Assembly (NCBI GenBank): GCA_040901965.1
Contig: JBBDYB010000017.1
Location: 10,635-74,634, forward strand
Reading direction: 5' to 3'
DNA length: 64,000 nucleotides
From: Gemmatimonadales bacterium
Lineage (GTDB): Bacteria > Gemmatimonadota > Gemmatimonadetes > Gemmatimonadales > GWC2-71-9
Notes under the pieces: model-generated
Told to the model about the DNA's origin: nothing
Database searches by the model: none
Seen by the model: only the letters and a program-made list of their open reading frames with translations
In this document: positions 1 to 8,998 of the stretch, one piece after another
Position numbering within the stretch: position 1 is the stretch's first letter
Layout of the letters: every line of letters begins with the position of its first letter
Translations under genes and position numbers: made by a program

Positions 1-651
1 CCGCGCGACTCGACCGCGATCGTGGCGCTCACGGCCCGTCTCGCGCGTCGCGGCACCCCGCGGCCCATCGTCACGCTCGCCGAGCGCATCGGGGTGGGGG
101 GGAACGGGGGGAACGGGGGGAACGCGCGCCAGGTCACCGTAACCGCGTCGGGATTGTGGCGCTGGGCATTCCGCGGCGGCGCCGCGGAGGAAGCCTACCG
201 CGGTCTCGTTGCTGGCATGGTGGACTGGCTCTTGGGGGAGCGGGGAGCGAGGAGCAGGGAGCGGGCCGTTCCGGTGACGCTGGAGACTCCCAACGGTTTG
301 CCGCTCGTGTGGCGGTGGACGGGCGCGGACGAACCGCGTCCGCTCGCGATCACGCTCGAAGGCGAGGGCTCTGATACCTTGCGGTTCGACGCCGCCGGCC
401 GCGCCGAGCTCTTGCTGCGGCCCGGAGTCTACCGCTATGAGCTGCGGGGCGGACCGGAGCGGGGGGTGGTCGCCGTAGAAACGTACTCCGACGAATGGCC
501 TCCCCGACCCCCGTCGCTCGGGCCTCAGCCGGGGCAATCGCGCCCCCGGGTGACGTCGACGGGACTCCGGGACCGGTGGTGGCTGTTCGTCATTGCGATT
601 GCCGCGTTGGCAGCCGAATGGGCGTGGCGGCGGCGGCAGGGGCTGCCCTGA
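1..651 (+). CDS. Hypothetical membrane-anchored protein, 5' partial
   Basis: Frame open from base 1; C-terminal TM helix WWLFVIAIAALAAEWAWRRRQGLP; stop overlaps ftsY ATG (TGATG). Confidence 0.75.
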   Translation, partial: PRDSTAIVALTARLARRGTPRPIVTLAERIGVGGNGGNGGNARQVTVTASGLWRWAFRGGAAEEAYRGLVAGMVDWLLGERGARSRERAVPVTLETPNGLPLVWRWTGADEPRPLAITLEGEGSDTLRFDAAGRAELLLRPGVYRYELRGGPERGVVAVETYSDEWPPRPPSLGPQPGQSRPRVTSTGLRDRWWLFVIAIAALAAEWAWRRRQGLP

Positions 652-1508
652 TGGGACTGTGGGCCCGCCTGGCGCGAGTGTTCACCGGGGGCAAGGCCGA
701 CCGCGCTGCGCGCGAAGCAGCGGAGCGCATCCTGCTCGAGGCGGACTTCGGCGTCGCCGCGACCGACGAGATTCTCGACCGGTTGGGGCGCGGCGGTGTG
801 GATCAAGCCGCGCTGGAGCGGCTGGTGGCCGAGCTGCTGGGGGCGGGGGGGGGGGCTCCCGCCGTGCCGCTCGCGCGCGCCGCGCGGCCGCCGACGGTCG
901 TCCTCGTGTTCGGCGTCAACGGCACGGGGAAAACGACCACCGTCGCGAAGCTCGCCCACCGGCTGAAGCGTGAGGGGCGCAGCGTGTTGCTTGCCGCGGC
1001 GGACACGTTCCGGGCGGGAGCCACCGAGCAGCTCGAGATCTGGGCCCGCCGGCTGGATGCGCCGTTCGTGGGGGCCAGCTCCGGCAAGGGAGCCGATCCG
1101 GCGGCAGTCGCGTTCGACGCGGTGGAAGCGGGCGTGGCCCGCGGCCTCGATACCGTACTGGTGGACACGGCGGGGCGACTCCACACCGATGACCGGCTGC
1201 GCGAGGAGCTGAAAAAAGTCGTGCGCGTCGTGGGGAAGCGCCACGTCGACGCCCCGCATGAATCGCTGCTCGTGCTCGACGCGACGATCGGTCAGAACGC
1301 CGTGCAGCAGGCGCAGGCGTTCGCCGCCGCGGTGCCGCTCACCGGGCTCGTCATCACCAAGCTCGACGGGACCGCGAAGGGCGGCAGCGTGGTCGCGTTG
1401 CGCCGCGCCGTCCCCGCTCCAATCCGGTTTCTGGGCACCGGTGAAACCCTTGATGACCTCGAGCTCTTCGATCCCCGGCGCTTCGCGCACCGCCTGGTGA
1501 GCGGGTGA
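651..1508 (+). CDS. ftsY: SRP receptor FtsY
   Basis: GVNGTGKTTT, AADTFRAGA, DTAGR, TKLDGTAKGG, GTGE motifs. Confidence 0.97.
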   Translation: MGLWARLARVFTGGKADRAAREAAERILLEADFGVAATDEILDRLGRGGVDQAALERLVAELLGAGGGAPAVPLARAARPPTVVLVFGVNGTGKTTTVAKLAHRLKREGRSVLLAAADTFRAGATEQLEIWARRLDAPFVGASSGKGADPAAVAFDAVEAGVARGLDTVLVDTAGRLHTDDRLREELKKVVRVVGKRHVDAPHESLLVLDATIGQNAVQQAQAFAAAVPLTGLVITKLDGTAKGGSVVALRRAVPAPIRFLGTGETLDDLELFDPRRFAHRLVSG

Positions 1509-3568
1509 ACCTCCAGCTCAACGCGCCGGTCAAGTTCCTCAAGGGCGTCGGCCCCAAGCGCGCCGAAGCGCTTGCCCGCCTCGGCATCCGCAGCGTCGGC
1601 GATCTGCTCTACCACGTGCCCTTTCGTTATCTCGATGCGACCACCGTGACACCACTGGCACGCGCCAACGTCGGTAATGAAGTGACGTGCGTGGGGCGCG
1701 TGGTGAACACCGGCGTGCTGCCCACCCGGCGCGGGCTGCGCGTGTTCCGCGCCGTCCTCAAAGACGACAGCGGCCTGCTCGAGTGCGCCTGGCCCGGCCG
1801 GCCCTTCCTCGAGCGCCAGATCAAGAAGGGACAGCTGCTGCTCGTCACGGGGCCCGTGCGCTATTACCACGGCAAGCAGCTCGTGCCGCACGAGTTCATC
1901 GTCCTCGCCGAGGACGGCGACGAGGCCGATGAAAAGGGGCTGGTGTTGCCCGTGTATCCCGCCACGGAAGGTCTCACTCACCGCCAAATCCGCGCGCTCG
2001 TGCAACAGCACCTCGATGCGCTCCTTCCCATCGTCATCGATCCCCATCCGGCCGCCTTTCGCGAGGCGCACGGCCTGATTGAGCTGCGGCGCGCCCTCGA
2101 GCTGATGCATCGGCCGAAGCACGTCGCCGAAACCGAGGCGGGCCGGCGCCGCCTGGCCTTCGACGAGCTGTTCGACCAGCAGCTGGTCCAAGCCCGGGCG
2201 CGCCATCTGGCGAAGCGATCGCGCGCGGGCATCACGTTCCAGCTGAAGCGCGAGCTGACCACGCGTCTGAAGGACCACCTGCCGTTCGAGCTGACGGGAG
2301 ACCAGCGCCACGCCGTGCGGGAAATCACCGATGACATGACGGCGCCGCTCCGCATGCATCGTCTCCTGATGGGCGACGTCGGCACGGGCAAGACGGTCGT
2401 AGCGCTGTTCGCCATGCTGCTCGCCGCTGAAAACGACTATCAGGCGGCGATCATGGCGCCGACGGAGCTGCTCGCCGAGCAGCACGGCGCGACCTTGACG
2501 CGGCTGCTCGAGCCGCTCGCGATCCGGCCGGAGCTTCTGCTCGGCCGGATGAGCGCCGCCGAGAAAGCGGCGGCCCGAGAGCGCATTGCCGCCGGCGGGC
2601 CCCGGCTCGTCGTCGGGACGCACGCGCTGATTCAGGAATCGGTCACGTTCCAGCGGCTGGGCCTGGCGGTGATCGACGAGCAGCACCGCTTTGGGGTCGA
2701 GCAGCGCGCCGCACTGGTCGAGAAGGGGGACGCCCCCGACGTGCTGCTCCTCACCGCCACGCCGATTCCCCGCTCCCTCGCCCTGACGTTGTACGGCGAC
2801 CTCGACGTCACCCAGATCCGCGAGCGGCCGCCGGGCCGCGGCGAGGTGAAAACCGCCCTGCGGACCGACGCCGCACGGGCCAAGATCTACGAATTCATCA
2901 GGAGCGAGGCCGCCGCGGGTCGGCAGGCATACGTGATCTATCCGGTCATCGACGAATCGGAGCGGGCGGATCTCAAGGCGGCCACGACGATGGCCGAAAA
3001 GCTGGCGAAGACGTTCGCCGAGCTCCGCGTCGGGCTCGTGCACGGACGGATGAAGGCCGACGAGCGCGACGCCACGATGCGCGCCTTCCGCGACAACAGC
3101 GTGAACATCCTGGTCGCGACAACCGTGATCGAGGTGGGAATCGATGTGGCAAACGCGACGGTGATGCTCATCGAGCATGCCGAGCGGTTCGGGCTTGCGC
3201 AGTTACACCAGCTGAGGGGCCGTATCGGGCGGGGGGTCGCGGCGGGCCACTGTATCCTGCTGTCCAACGTGCCCGAGGCGGCGCCGCGGCTTCAGGCGTT
3301 CTGCGACACGAGCGACGGCTTCATCATCGCCGAACTCGACTTGCGGCAGCGGGGGATGGGCGAGCTCGCGGGGGCGCGGCAATCGGGCGGCGTGCCGTTG
3401 CGGTACGCGAACCTCGAGACCGACCTGCCGCTGCTCGAGGCCGCGCGCCAGGCGGCCGGCGCGATGATCGCGAGCGACCCCGCCCTCGAACGGCGCGACC
3501 ATGCCGCCTACCGCGAGCGGATTGTGGCGCGCTATGAGCGGGGCTTCGAACTCTTCCGGGTGGGTTAA
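1505..3568 (+). CDS. recG: ATP-dependent DNA helicase RecG
   Basis: LKGVGPK N-terminus, GDVGTGKT, DEQHRFG, TATPIPR, QLHQLRGRIGRG. Confidence 0.97.
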   Translation: MNLQLNAPVKFLKGVGPKRAEALARLGIRSVGDLLYHVPFRYLDATTVTPLARANVGNEVTCVGRVVNTGVLPTRRGLRVFRAVLKDDSGLLECAWPGRPFLERQIKKGQLLLVTGPVRYYHGKQLVPHEFIVLAEDGDEADEKGLVLPVYPATEGLTHRQIRALVQQHLDALLPIVIDPHPAAFREAHGLIELRRALELMHRPKHVAETEAGRRRLAFDELFDQQLVQARARHLAKRSRAGITFQLKRELTTRLKDHLPFELTGDQRHAVREITDDMTAPLRMHRLLMGDVGTGKTVVALFAMLLAAENDYQAAIMAPTELLAEQHGATLTRLLEPLAIRPELLLGRMSAAEKAAARERIAAGGPRLVVGTHALIQESVTFQRLGLAVIDEQHRFGVEQRAALVEKGDAPDVLLLTATPIPRSLALTLYGDLDVTQIRERPPGRGEVKTALRTDAARAKIYEFIRSEAAAGRQAYVIYPVIDESERADLKAATTMAEKLAKTFAELRVGLVHGRMKADERDATMRAFRDNSVNILVATTVIEVGIDVANATVMLIEHAERFGLAQLHQLRGRIGRGVAAGHCILLSNVPEAAPRLQAFCDTSDGFIIAELDLRQRGMGELAGARQSGGVPLRYANLETDLPLLEAARQAAGAMIASDPALERRDHAAYRERIVARYERGFELFRVG

Positions 3569-3589
3569 CCCCGGGGCGCAGCCCCGGGG
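3564..3589. repeat. Palindromic element between convergent genes (possible terminator)
   Basis: CCCCGGGGC-gca-GCCCCGGGG; shares GTTAACCCCGGG with the palindrome at 17587. Confidence 0.6.
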
Positions 3590-3593
3590 GACA

Positions 3594-4073
3594 CTAAAAC
3601 GTCAACCGTAGACCCAGGAGCGCGCCGTCCCCTGAGGGTTCGACGGTAACTCGCAGAGGGGAGAACGGAATGTTGTCCGGCCCTTCCCGTCCCGGATGCA
3701 GATCCAGAATGAACAGCGCCGCGGTCACGAGCAGGCTGGCCTGGGCACCCAGGATCCGGCGATTGGCGCGGCGGTCGAACATCTGCGAGCTCTGGTAGAA
3801 GAGCTCGGCGTCGCTGCGCAGGTAGCGGCCGTCCGCGCCGAGGGCGCAGGCATCCTGGGCGGAGTGGCAGATCGTCAGCAGCGCATCCCAATCGCGGCGT
3901 GAGAAGCGGTGCTCGCGGGCAGCCATGAAGGTGAACGCCACGGTCGCGCCCGCGGTCAACCATTTCCCGTAGTGCACGGCCGGCTCGCGCCACGTGGGTC
4001 GCGGCGCTTGCGCCGTCACAGGCGCGGCGGTCGCGAGGATCAGGAGAGCGAGGATACCGGCGGTGCGGGTCAT
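3594..4073 (-). CDS. Hypothetical exported/membrane protein
   Basis: Sec signal peptide, two hydrophobic helices, C-terminal LGLRLTF; start overlaps upstream stop. Confidence 0.75.
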   Translation of the reverse strand: MTRTAGILALLILATAAPVTAQAPRPTWREPAVHYGKWLTAGATVAFTFMAAREHRFSRRDWDALLTICHSAQDACALGADGRYLRSDAELFYQSSQMFDRRANRRILGAQASLLVTAALFILDLHPGREGPDNIPFSPLRVTVEPSGDGALLGLRLTF

Positions 4074-5212
4074 CGGTAACTATGAATATTGCCGCGCCCG
4101 GCGACCACCACCACCTGGCGGTCGCGCACGAGCGGCGGCTCTTCGATGGGACCCACGACCTGCGCCCGCCACAGGATGTTGCCGCTGGCGCGATCCACGA
4201 GCAGCACCTCGCCGCTGACGCTCCCCACCAGCACGCCGGAGACGAGCGGCGTCGGCCCCGCCGTCGCCACGATCCCGAGCGCGTGACTCGCCGCGCCCTC
4301 GGGTGCATCCGCCGGAATGATCCACAGCCGTCCGTCGCGCGCCACCACGTAGAGCGTGTCGCCGGCGAGCGCCGGCGCGCCGTAGACGGCGTCGCCCGCG
4401 GGACGGTCCCAGCGGACACTCCAGGTTGCGAGATCGATCGCCACAACTCGGCCGCTCATCGTCGCGAGATAGAGCCGGCGGCCGTCCGTCGCCGGCGTGG
4501 CCAGGACGCTGCCCGGCGTGGGGAGCCGGCCGCGCACGACGCCCGTCTCGCGGTCCAGCAGATACAGCGTGTCGGCGGTCGTGGCGACGGCAAGGCCGTA
4601 GGGCGTGGGCACGGGTCCCGCGCGGACCGCGCCGTTGAGCGCGCGCCGCCACTGCACCCGGCCCCGTTCCGGCTCGAGCCGGAGCACGGTGCCCTCCTCC
4701 GTTCCCGCGTACAGCGCGTCGCTGTCAAAGGCGAGCGGTGCCACCACGCTCCCCACGCGGGTGCGCCAGATCTGCTTCCCGTCGCGCAGCCGGATTGCGT
4801 ACACGCGGCCGTCGGGTTGCGCCTCGGTCGCCACGTAGAGGCGGTCCTCATCGAGCAGGGGACCAGCCCGGATCGTGCCGTCAATGCGCGATCGCCACAG
4901 GATGTCGCCGCTCGCGCGATCCACTAGGACGACGTAGCGGTCGGCGGTGCCGACGGCCACGATCGCTTCGCCGAGCGCCGGGCTGCCCCGCACCGCGCGG
5001 CCCACGCCGGCGCGCCACAGGGGACGGGGATCGGGGTTGAGTGTTTCGCCGGCGCCGGCATCGTGGCGAGCGTTGCCGAGATACGCGGGCCAGCCGATCT
5101 CCTGGCGGACCGGCCCCGGTTTCACGACCGGCACGCATGCCGCCCCTGCCGCCATCGCGTTGACAGCCCAAAGACCCGCCACTAGTATGCCGCGCCTATG
5201 CCGGAACGTCAT
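4070..5212 (-). CDS. PQQ-like beta-propeller lipoprotein (BamB-like)
   Basis: Repeated xDxxxGxxxW propeller blades; signal MTFRHRRG...GAAC lipobox; start 5212, alternative 5155. Confidence 0.8.
   Translation of the reverse strand: MTFRHRRGILVAGLWAVNAMAAGAACVPVVKPGPVRQEIGWPAYLGNARHDAGAGETLNPDPRPLWRAGVGRAVRGSPALGEAIVAVGTADRYVVLVDRASGDILWRSRIDGTIRAGPLLDEDRLYVATEAQPDGRVYAIRLRDGKQIWRTRVGSVVAPLAFDSDALYAGTEEGTVLRLEPERGRVQWRRALNGAVRAGPVPTPYGLAVATTADTLYLLDRETGVVRGRLPTPGSVLATPATDGRRLYLATMSGRVVAIDLATWSVRWDRPAGDAVYGAPALAGDTLYVVARDGRLWIIPADAPEGAASHALGIVATAGPTPLVSGVLVGSVSGEVLLVDRASGNILWRAQVVGPIEEPPLVRDRQVVVVAGRGNIHSYR
5160..5188 (+). promoter_or_regulatory. Sigma70-type promoter for asnS
   Basis: TTGACA(5160-65)-17 bp-TAGTAT(5183-88), 9 nt before the asnS ATG. 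Confidence 0.7.
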
Positions 5213-6520
5213 TGGATCGAGGAGCTGCCCCAGCTCGCGGGAGGGGGAGGGGGAGGGGGAGGGGGGCAGACGGTCGTCGTGCGCGGCTGGGTGGTGACCA
5301 CCCGGTCGAGCGGCAAGATCGCCTTCGTCGTGGTGCGGGACGGCACGGGCTACCTGCAAGCGGTCCTCTCCAAGAAAGACGTGACGTCGGACGTCTGGGA
5401 TGCGTTTGGGAAACTTACCCAGGAGACGTCCCTCGAGGTGACGGGCTCCGTACGCGCTGATGCGCGCGCCCCTGGTGGGGTGGAGCTCCAGGCGACCGAC
5501 CTCAAGACCATCGGGCCGAGCCACGATTTCCCGATCACGCCCAAGGAACATGGCACGGCGTTCCTGTTCGAGCACCGGCACTTGTGGCTGCGGTCGAAGC
5601 AGCAGGTGGCGATCGCCCACGTCCGCCACGAGGTGGTGCAGGCGATCCGGGACTTCTTCTACGAGCGGCACTTCACGCTGGTGGACACGCCGATTCTGAC
5701 CGGCTCGATCGGCGAGCACGCGGGCACGCTGTTCTCCACCGACTACTTCGACCTGGGGAAGGCCTACCTCGCGCAGACCGGCCAGCTCTACGTCGAGGCG
5801 GCCGCGGCCGCACTCGGCAAAGTCTACTGTTTCGGCCCCACGTTCCGCGCCGAGAAGTCCAAGACCCGCCGCCATCTCACCGAGTTCTGGATGGTGGAGC
5901 CCGAGGTGGCGTGGAACGATTCCGACGCGAACATGCGGCTCCAGGAGCAGTTCGTCTCGTATATCATGGCCCGCTGCCTGGAGCGCCGGAAGGCCGACCT
6001 CGCCGAGCTGGGGCGTGACCTCGCGCCATTGGAGCGCGTCACAGCGCCATTCCACCGCATCTCGTACACCGACGCCGTGCAAAAGCTCAAGGACCTCGGC
6101 GCCGACATCGAATGGGGCCGCGACCTGGGCGGCGACGACGAGACGCTGCTCGCCAAGCAGTACGACCGGCCGGTCTTCGTGTTCAACTATCCCCGGGCGG
6201 TGAAGGCTTTCTATATGAAGGAGAATCCCGCCGATCCGCGGACGGTGCTGAACAACGACTGCCTGGCGCCGGAAGGGTATGGCGAGATCATCGGCGGCAG
6301 CCAGCGTGAAGACGACTACGACAAGCTGCTCGCCCGCATTCGCGCGGAAGGGCTGCCCGAAGAATCGTACTCGTGGTATCTCGATCTCCGTAAGTACGGA
6401 ACCTTCGTGCACTCGGGGTTCGGCCTGGGTGTCGAGCGCACCGTCGCGTGGATCTGCGGCATCCCGCACATTCGGGAAGCGATCGCATTTCCGCGGACGC
6501 TGTACCGGCTGTGGCCGTAG
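5198..6520 (+). CDS. asnS: Asparagine--tRNA ligase
   Basis: OB fold, FGPTFRAEKSKTRRHLTEFWMVEPE, GEIIGGSQRE, HSGFGLGVER. Confidence 0.95.
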   Translation: MPERHWIEELPQLAGGGGGGGGGQTVVVRGWVVTTRSSGKIAFVVVRDGTGYLQAVLSKKDVTSDVWDAFGKLTQETSLEVTGSVRADARAPGGVELQATDLKTIGPSHDFPITPKEHGTAFLFEHRHLWLRSKQQVAIAHVRHEVVQAIRDFFYERHFTLVDTPILTGSIGEHAGTLFSTDYFDLGKAYLAQTGQLYVEAAAAALGKVYCFGPTFRAEKSKTRRHLTEFWMVEPEVAWNDSDANMRLQEQFVSYIMARCLERRKADLAELGRDLAPLERVTAPFHRISYTDAVQKLKDLGADIEWGRDLGGDDETLLAKQYDRPVFVFNYPRAVKAFYMKENPADPRTVLNNDCLAPEGYGEIIGGSQREDDYDKLLARIRAEGLPEESYSWYLDLRKYGTFVHSGFGLGVERTVAWICGIPHIREAIAFPRTLYRLWP

Positions 6521-6566
6521 AGGACGAATCACCCGCACAGATTCCACTCGAATAGCCCAGCCGTTA

Positions 6567-6652
6567 CGTTCCCATGCTGAAGCATGGGCCCGATACGGCA
6601 CTGCCCTTCAAGGGCAGTGAATTCTCGGGCCCACCCCTTCAGCGTGGGAACG
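6567..6652. repeat. REPIN-like nested inverted repeat
   Basis: Stems 6567-82/6637-52, 6585-93/6625-33 and 6599-6607/6611-19. Confidence 0.75.
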
Positions 6653-6662
6653 GGGGCAGAGC

Positions 6663-7871
6663 ATGCCGGAGCCGGCGGTTTTCGGACAGCACGAATCCAA
6701 CACCCTCGCGCAACTCCGCGACGTGGCGAGCCGCGCGGCCCGCGCCGCGCTCATGGCCGACGGGCACTTGGGCTACGTCATGCCGATCGGCGGCGTGGCG
6801 GCCTATCGCGACCAGGTGTCGGTCGTGGGCGTGGGATTCGACATCGCCTGCGGTAACGCCGCGATCCGCACCGACCTCACTCGGCCGCAGATCGAGAATC
6901 GGCTCGGGGAGATCGCGGACGAGATTCAGGCGTCGCTCTCGTTCGGTGTGGGCCGGAAGAACCGCGCCGACGACGCGCCGGTGGACGATCCGTTGTTCGA
7001 GGATCCGGCGTGGGAAGCCGTCCCCGACCGCCACGAGCGCGACCGGCTGCGCGTCAAAGCGCGCGAGCAGCTGGGGACCGTCGGCAGCGGTAATCACTAC
7101 GTCGACGTCTTCGCCGATGAAGAGGAACGCGTCTGGGTCGGCGTCCACTTCGGCTCGCGTGGGTTCGGATTCGGCGTGGCGCACGGGTTCCTGGCCTTGA
7201 GTCAGAACCGGGCGTGGGGCGAGCGGGTGCCAGAGCGCGAGACGCTGCTCGACGTGCGCGCTCCGGTGGGCGACGCCTATTGGCAGCTCATGAATCTGGC
7301 CGGCCGCTACGCCTACGCGGGACGCGAGTGGGTGGCGCGCAAGGTCGTGTCCATCCTCGGCGGCCGCGAGATCGAGCTGGTGCACAACCACCACAACTTC
7401 GCGTGGGTGGAAGAGCACGGCGGCGAGCGCTTCTACGTCGTGCGCAAGGGCGCGACCCCGGCGTTCCCGGGCCAGAAGGGCTTCGTCGGCGGCTCGATGG
7501 GCGATGACGCGGTGATCATCCAGGGCGCGACCGCGGCCGATCCCGCCGTCCGTGAGCTACAGGCGCGCGCGCTTTACTCCACCGTGCACGGCGCGGGCCG
7601 TGTGATGAGCCGTACCGCCGCGGCGGGCAAGCGCACGCGCAAGGGCAAGGTGCTCAAGCCGGGCGCAATCTCGCGCGAGATGATGCACGACTGGGTGAAG
7701 CAGAAGGGTGTGCTGCTGCGGGGCGGCGGCACGGATGAAAGTCCGCACGTCTATCGCCGGCTGCCGGACGTGCTCAAGGCTCAGGGCGCGACGGTGGACG
7801 TCCTGCACACGCTGCGGCCGTTGGTCGTCGTGATGGCCGGTGCGGACGAGTTTGATCCGTACAAGGATTAA
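6663..7871 (+). CDS. rtcB: RtcB family RNA ligase
   Basis: DIACG, GTVGSGNHY, VHFGSRG, HNHHN, VRKGAT, STVHGAGR, DESP motifs. Confidence 0.95.
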   Translation: MPEPAVFGQHESNTLAQLRDVASRAARAALMADGHLGYVMPIGGVAAYRDQVSVVGVGFDIACGNAAIRTDLTRPQIENRLGEIADEIQASLSFGVGRKNRADDAPVDDPLFEDPAWEAVPDRHERDRLRVKAREQLGTVGSGNHYVDVFADEEERVWVGVHFGSRGFGFGVAHGFLALSQNRAWGERVPERETLLDVRAPVGDAYWQLMNLAGRYAYAGREWVARKVVSILGGREIELVHNHHNFAWVEEHGGERFYVVRKGATPAFPGQKGFVGGSMGDDAVIIQGATAADPAVRELQARALYSTVHGAGRVMSRTAAAGKRTRKGKVLKPGAISREMMHDWVKQKGVLLRGGGTDESPHVYRRLPDVLKAQGATVDVLHTLRPLVVVMAGADEFDPYKD

Positions 7872-7962
7872 GAGGCGTGACACGGCGTAGAACTGCGTGA
7901 AAATGCGTACCCGCCTTTTTGTTTCACCCCTCCTAAATCGCCTTCCTGGGTTAGGGTTAGGA

Positions 7963-8930
7963 ATGCCTGCTGGATCACTGGTAGCGTCGCTGCGTGCTGC
8001 CCTACGGTTGCGGCATTACAGCATGCGCACCGAGGAGTCGTACGTCGGTTGGGTGCGGCGGTTCGTCAAAAGCTCAGGCATGCGTCATCCGCGCGAGCTC
8101 GGCCCGGGCGATGTGAGCCGGTTTCTCTCTCACCTCGCGGTCGAAGCGAAGGTCAGCTCGTCCACGCAGAATCAGGCGCTGTCGGCGCTCGTCTTCCTCT
8201 ACAAGGAAGTGCTGGACGTGCCCGTGGGGTGGCTCTCGGCGCTGGTGCGTGCGAAGCGGCCCCTTCGAGTGCCCGTCGTGTTCACGAGAGACGAAGTACG
8301 CCGTGTGTTGGCGCGATTGCGGGGTCGTGGCACGCTGGCGTTGGTCGCGGGGCTATTGTACGGGACGGGCATGCGGCTGCTCGAGGGGCTGCGCCTGCGC
8401 GTCAAGGATATCGATTTTGGCAAGAATGAGATTGTCGTGCGTGGGGGCAAGGGCGATCGCGACCGGATGACCATGTTGCCGGAGCGCCTCAAAGGGCCAT
8501 TACTCGAGCACATCGCCGAAGTTCGCATGCAGCATGAGCGCGACGTTGCCGAGGGTGCGGGTTGGGTAGAGCTGCCCGGTGCGCTCGATGCCAAGTATGC
8601 GAATGCGGGCCGAGAGTGGGGGTGGCAGTGGGTTTTTCCGCGACGCGCATGTACGAGGATCCCCAGACCGGCCAGCGCCGGCGCCATCATCTGCACGAGA
8701 CCACGGTGCAACGCGCCTTCAAGGAAGCGGTGCGAGCCACGGGCATTGCGAAGCCCGGCAGCTGCCATACGTTGCGCCATTCCTTCGCGACACACCTGCT
8801 CGAGGCGGGCTACGATATTCGGACGGTCCAGGAGCTGTTGGGCCACCGCAGCTTGAATACCACGATGATATACACGCACGTGCTCAATCGTGGTGGCCGA
8901 GGAGTGCAGAGCCCAGCGGATACGCTCTGA
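7963..8930 (+). pseudogene. intI: Integron integrase with a 1-nt frameshift near 8640
   Basis: HYSMRTEESY, STQNQALSALVFLY, GMRLLE, GKGDRDR, integron-specific insert [52 protein letters not shown], split over two frames. Confidence 0.93.
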
Positions 8931-8998
8931 TATTGCGTTTAGGCTGACCAGCCCATTTCGTTGAGTGGTGCCGGAGAGTCCCAGATAGGGAGGCAAGC

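Noticed and set aside
4070-6601. 843-aa minus-strand ORF, and many other long antisense ORFs such as 34013-36352 and 50808-52802
   Set aside because: Shadow frames of high-GC genes; only the part from 5212 down encodes the propeller protein.
6599-6619. tRNA-Sec (selC) or tRNA-Ser suggested by the CTTCAAG loop
   Set aside because: No D arm, T arm (GTTCGA) or acceptor stem with CCA; only a hairpin.
7948-7961. Telomere-like TTAGGG repeats
   Set aside because: Only two units in a bacterial intergenic region; too short to be meaningful as such.
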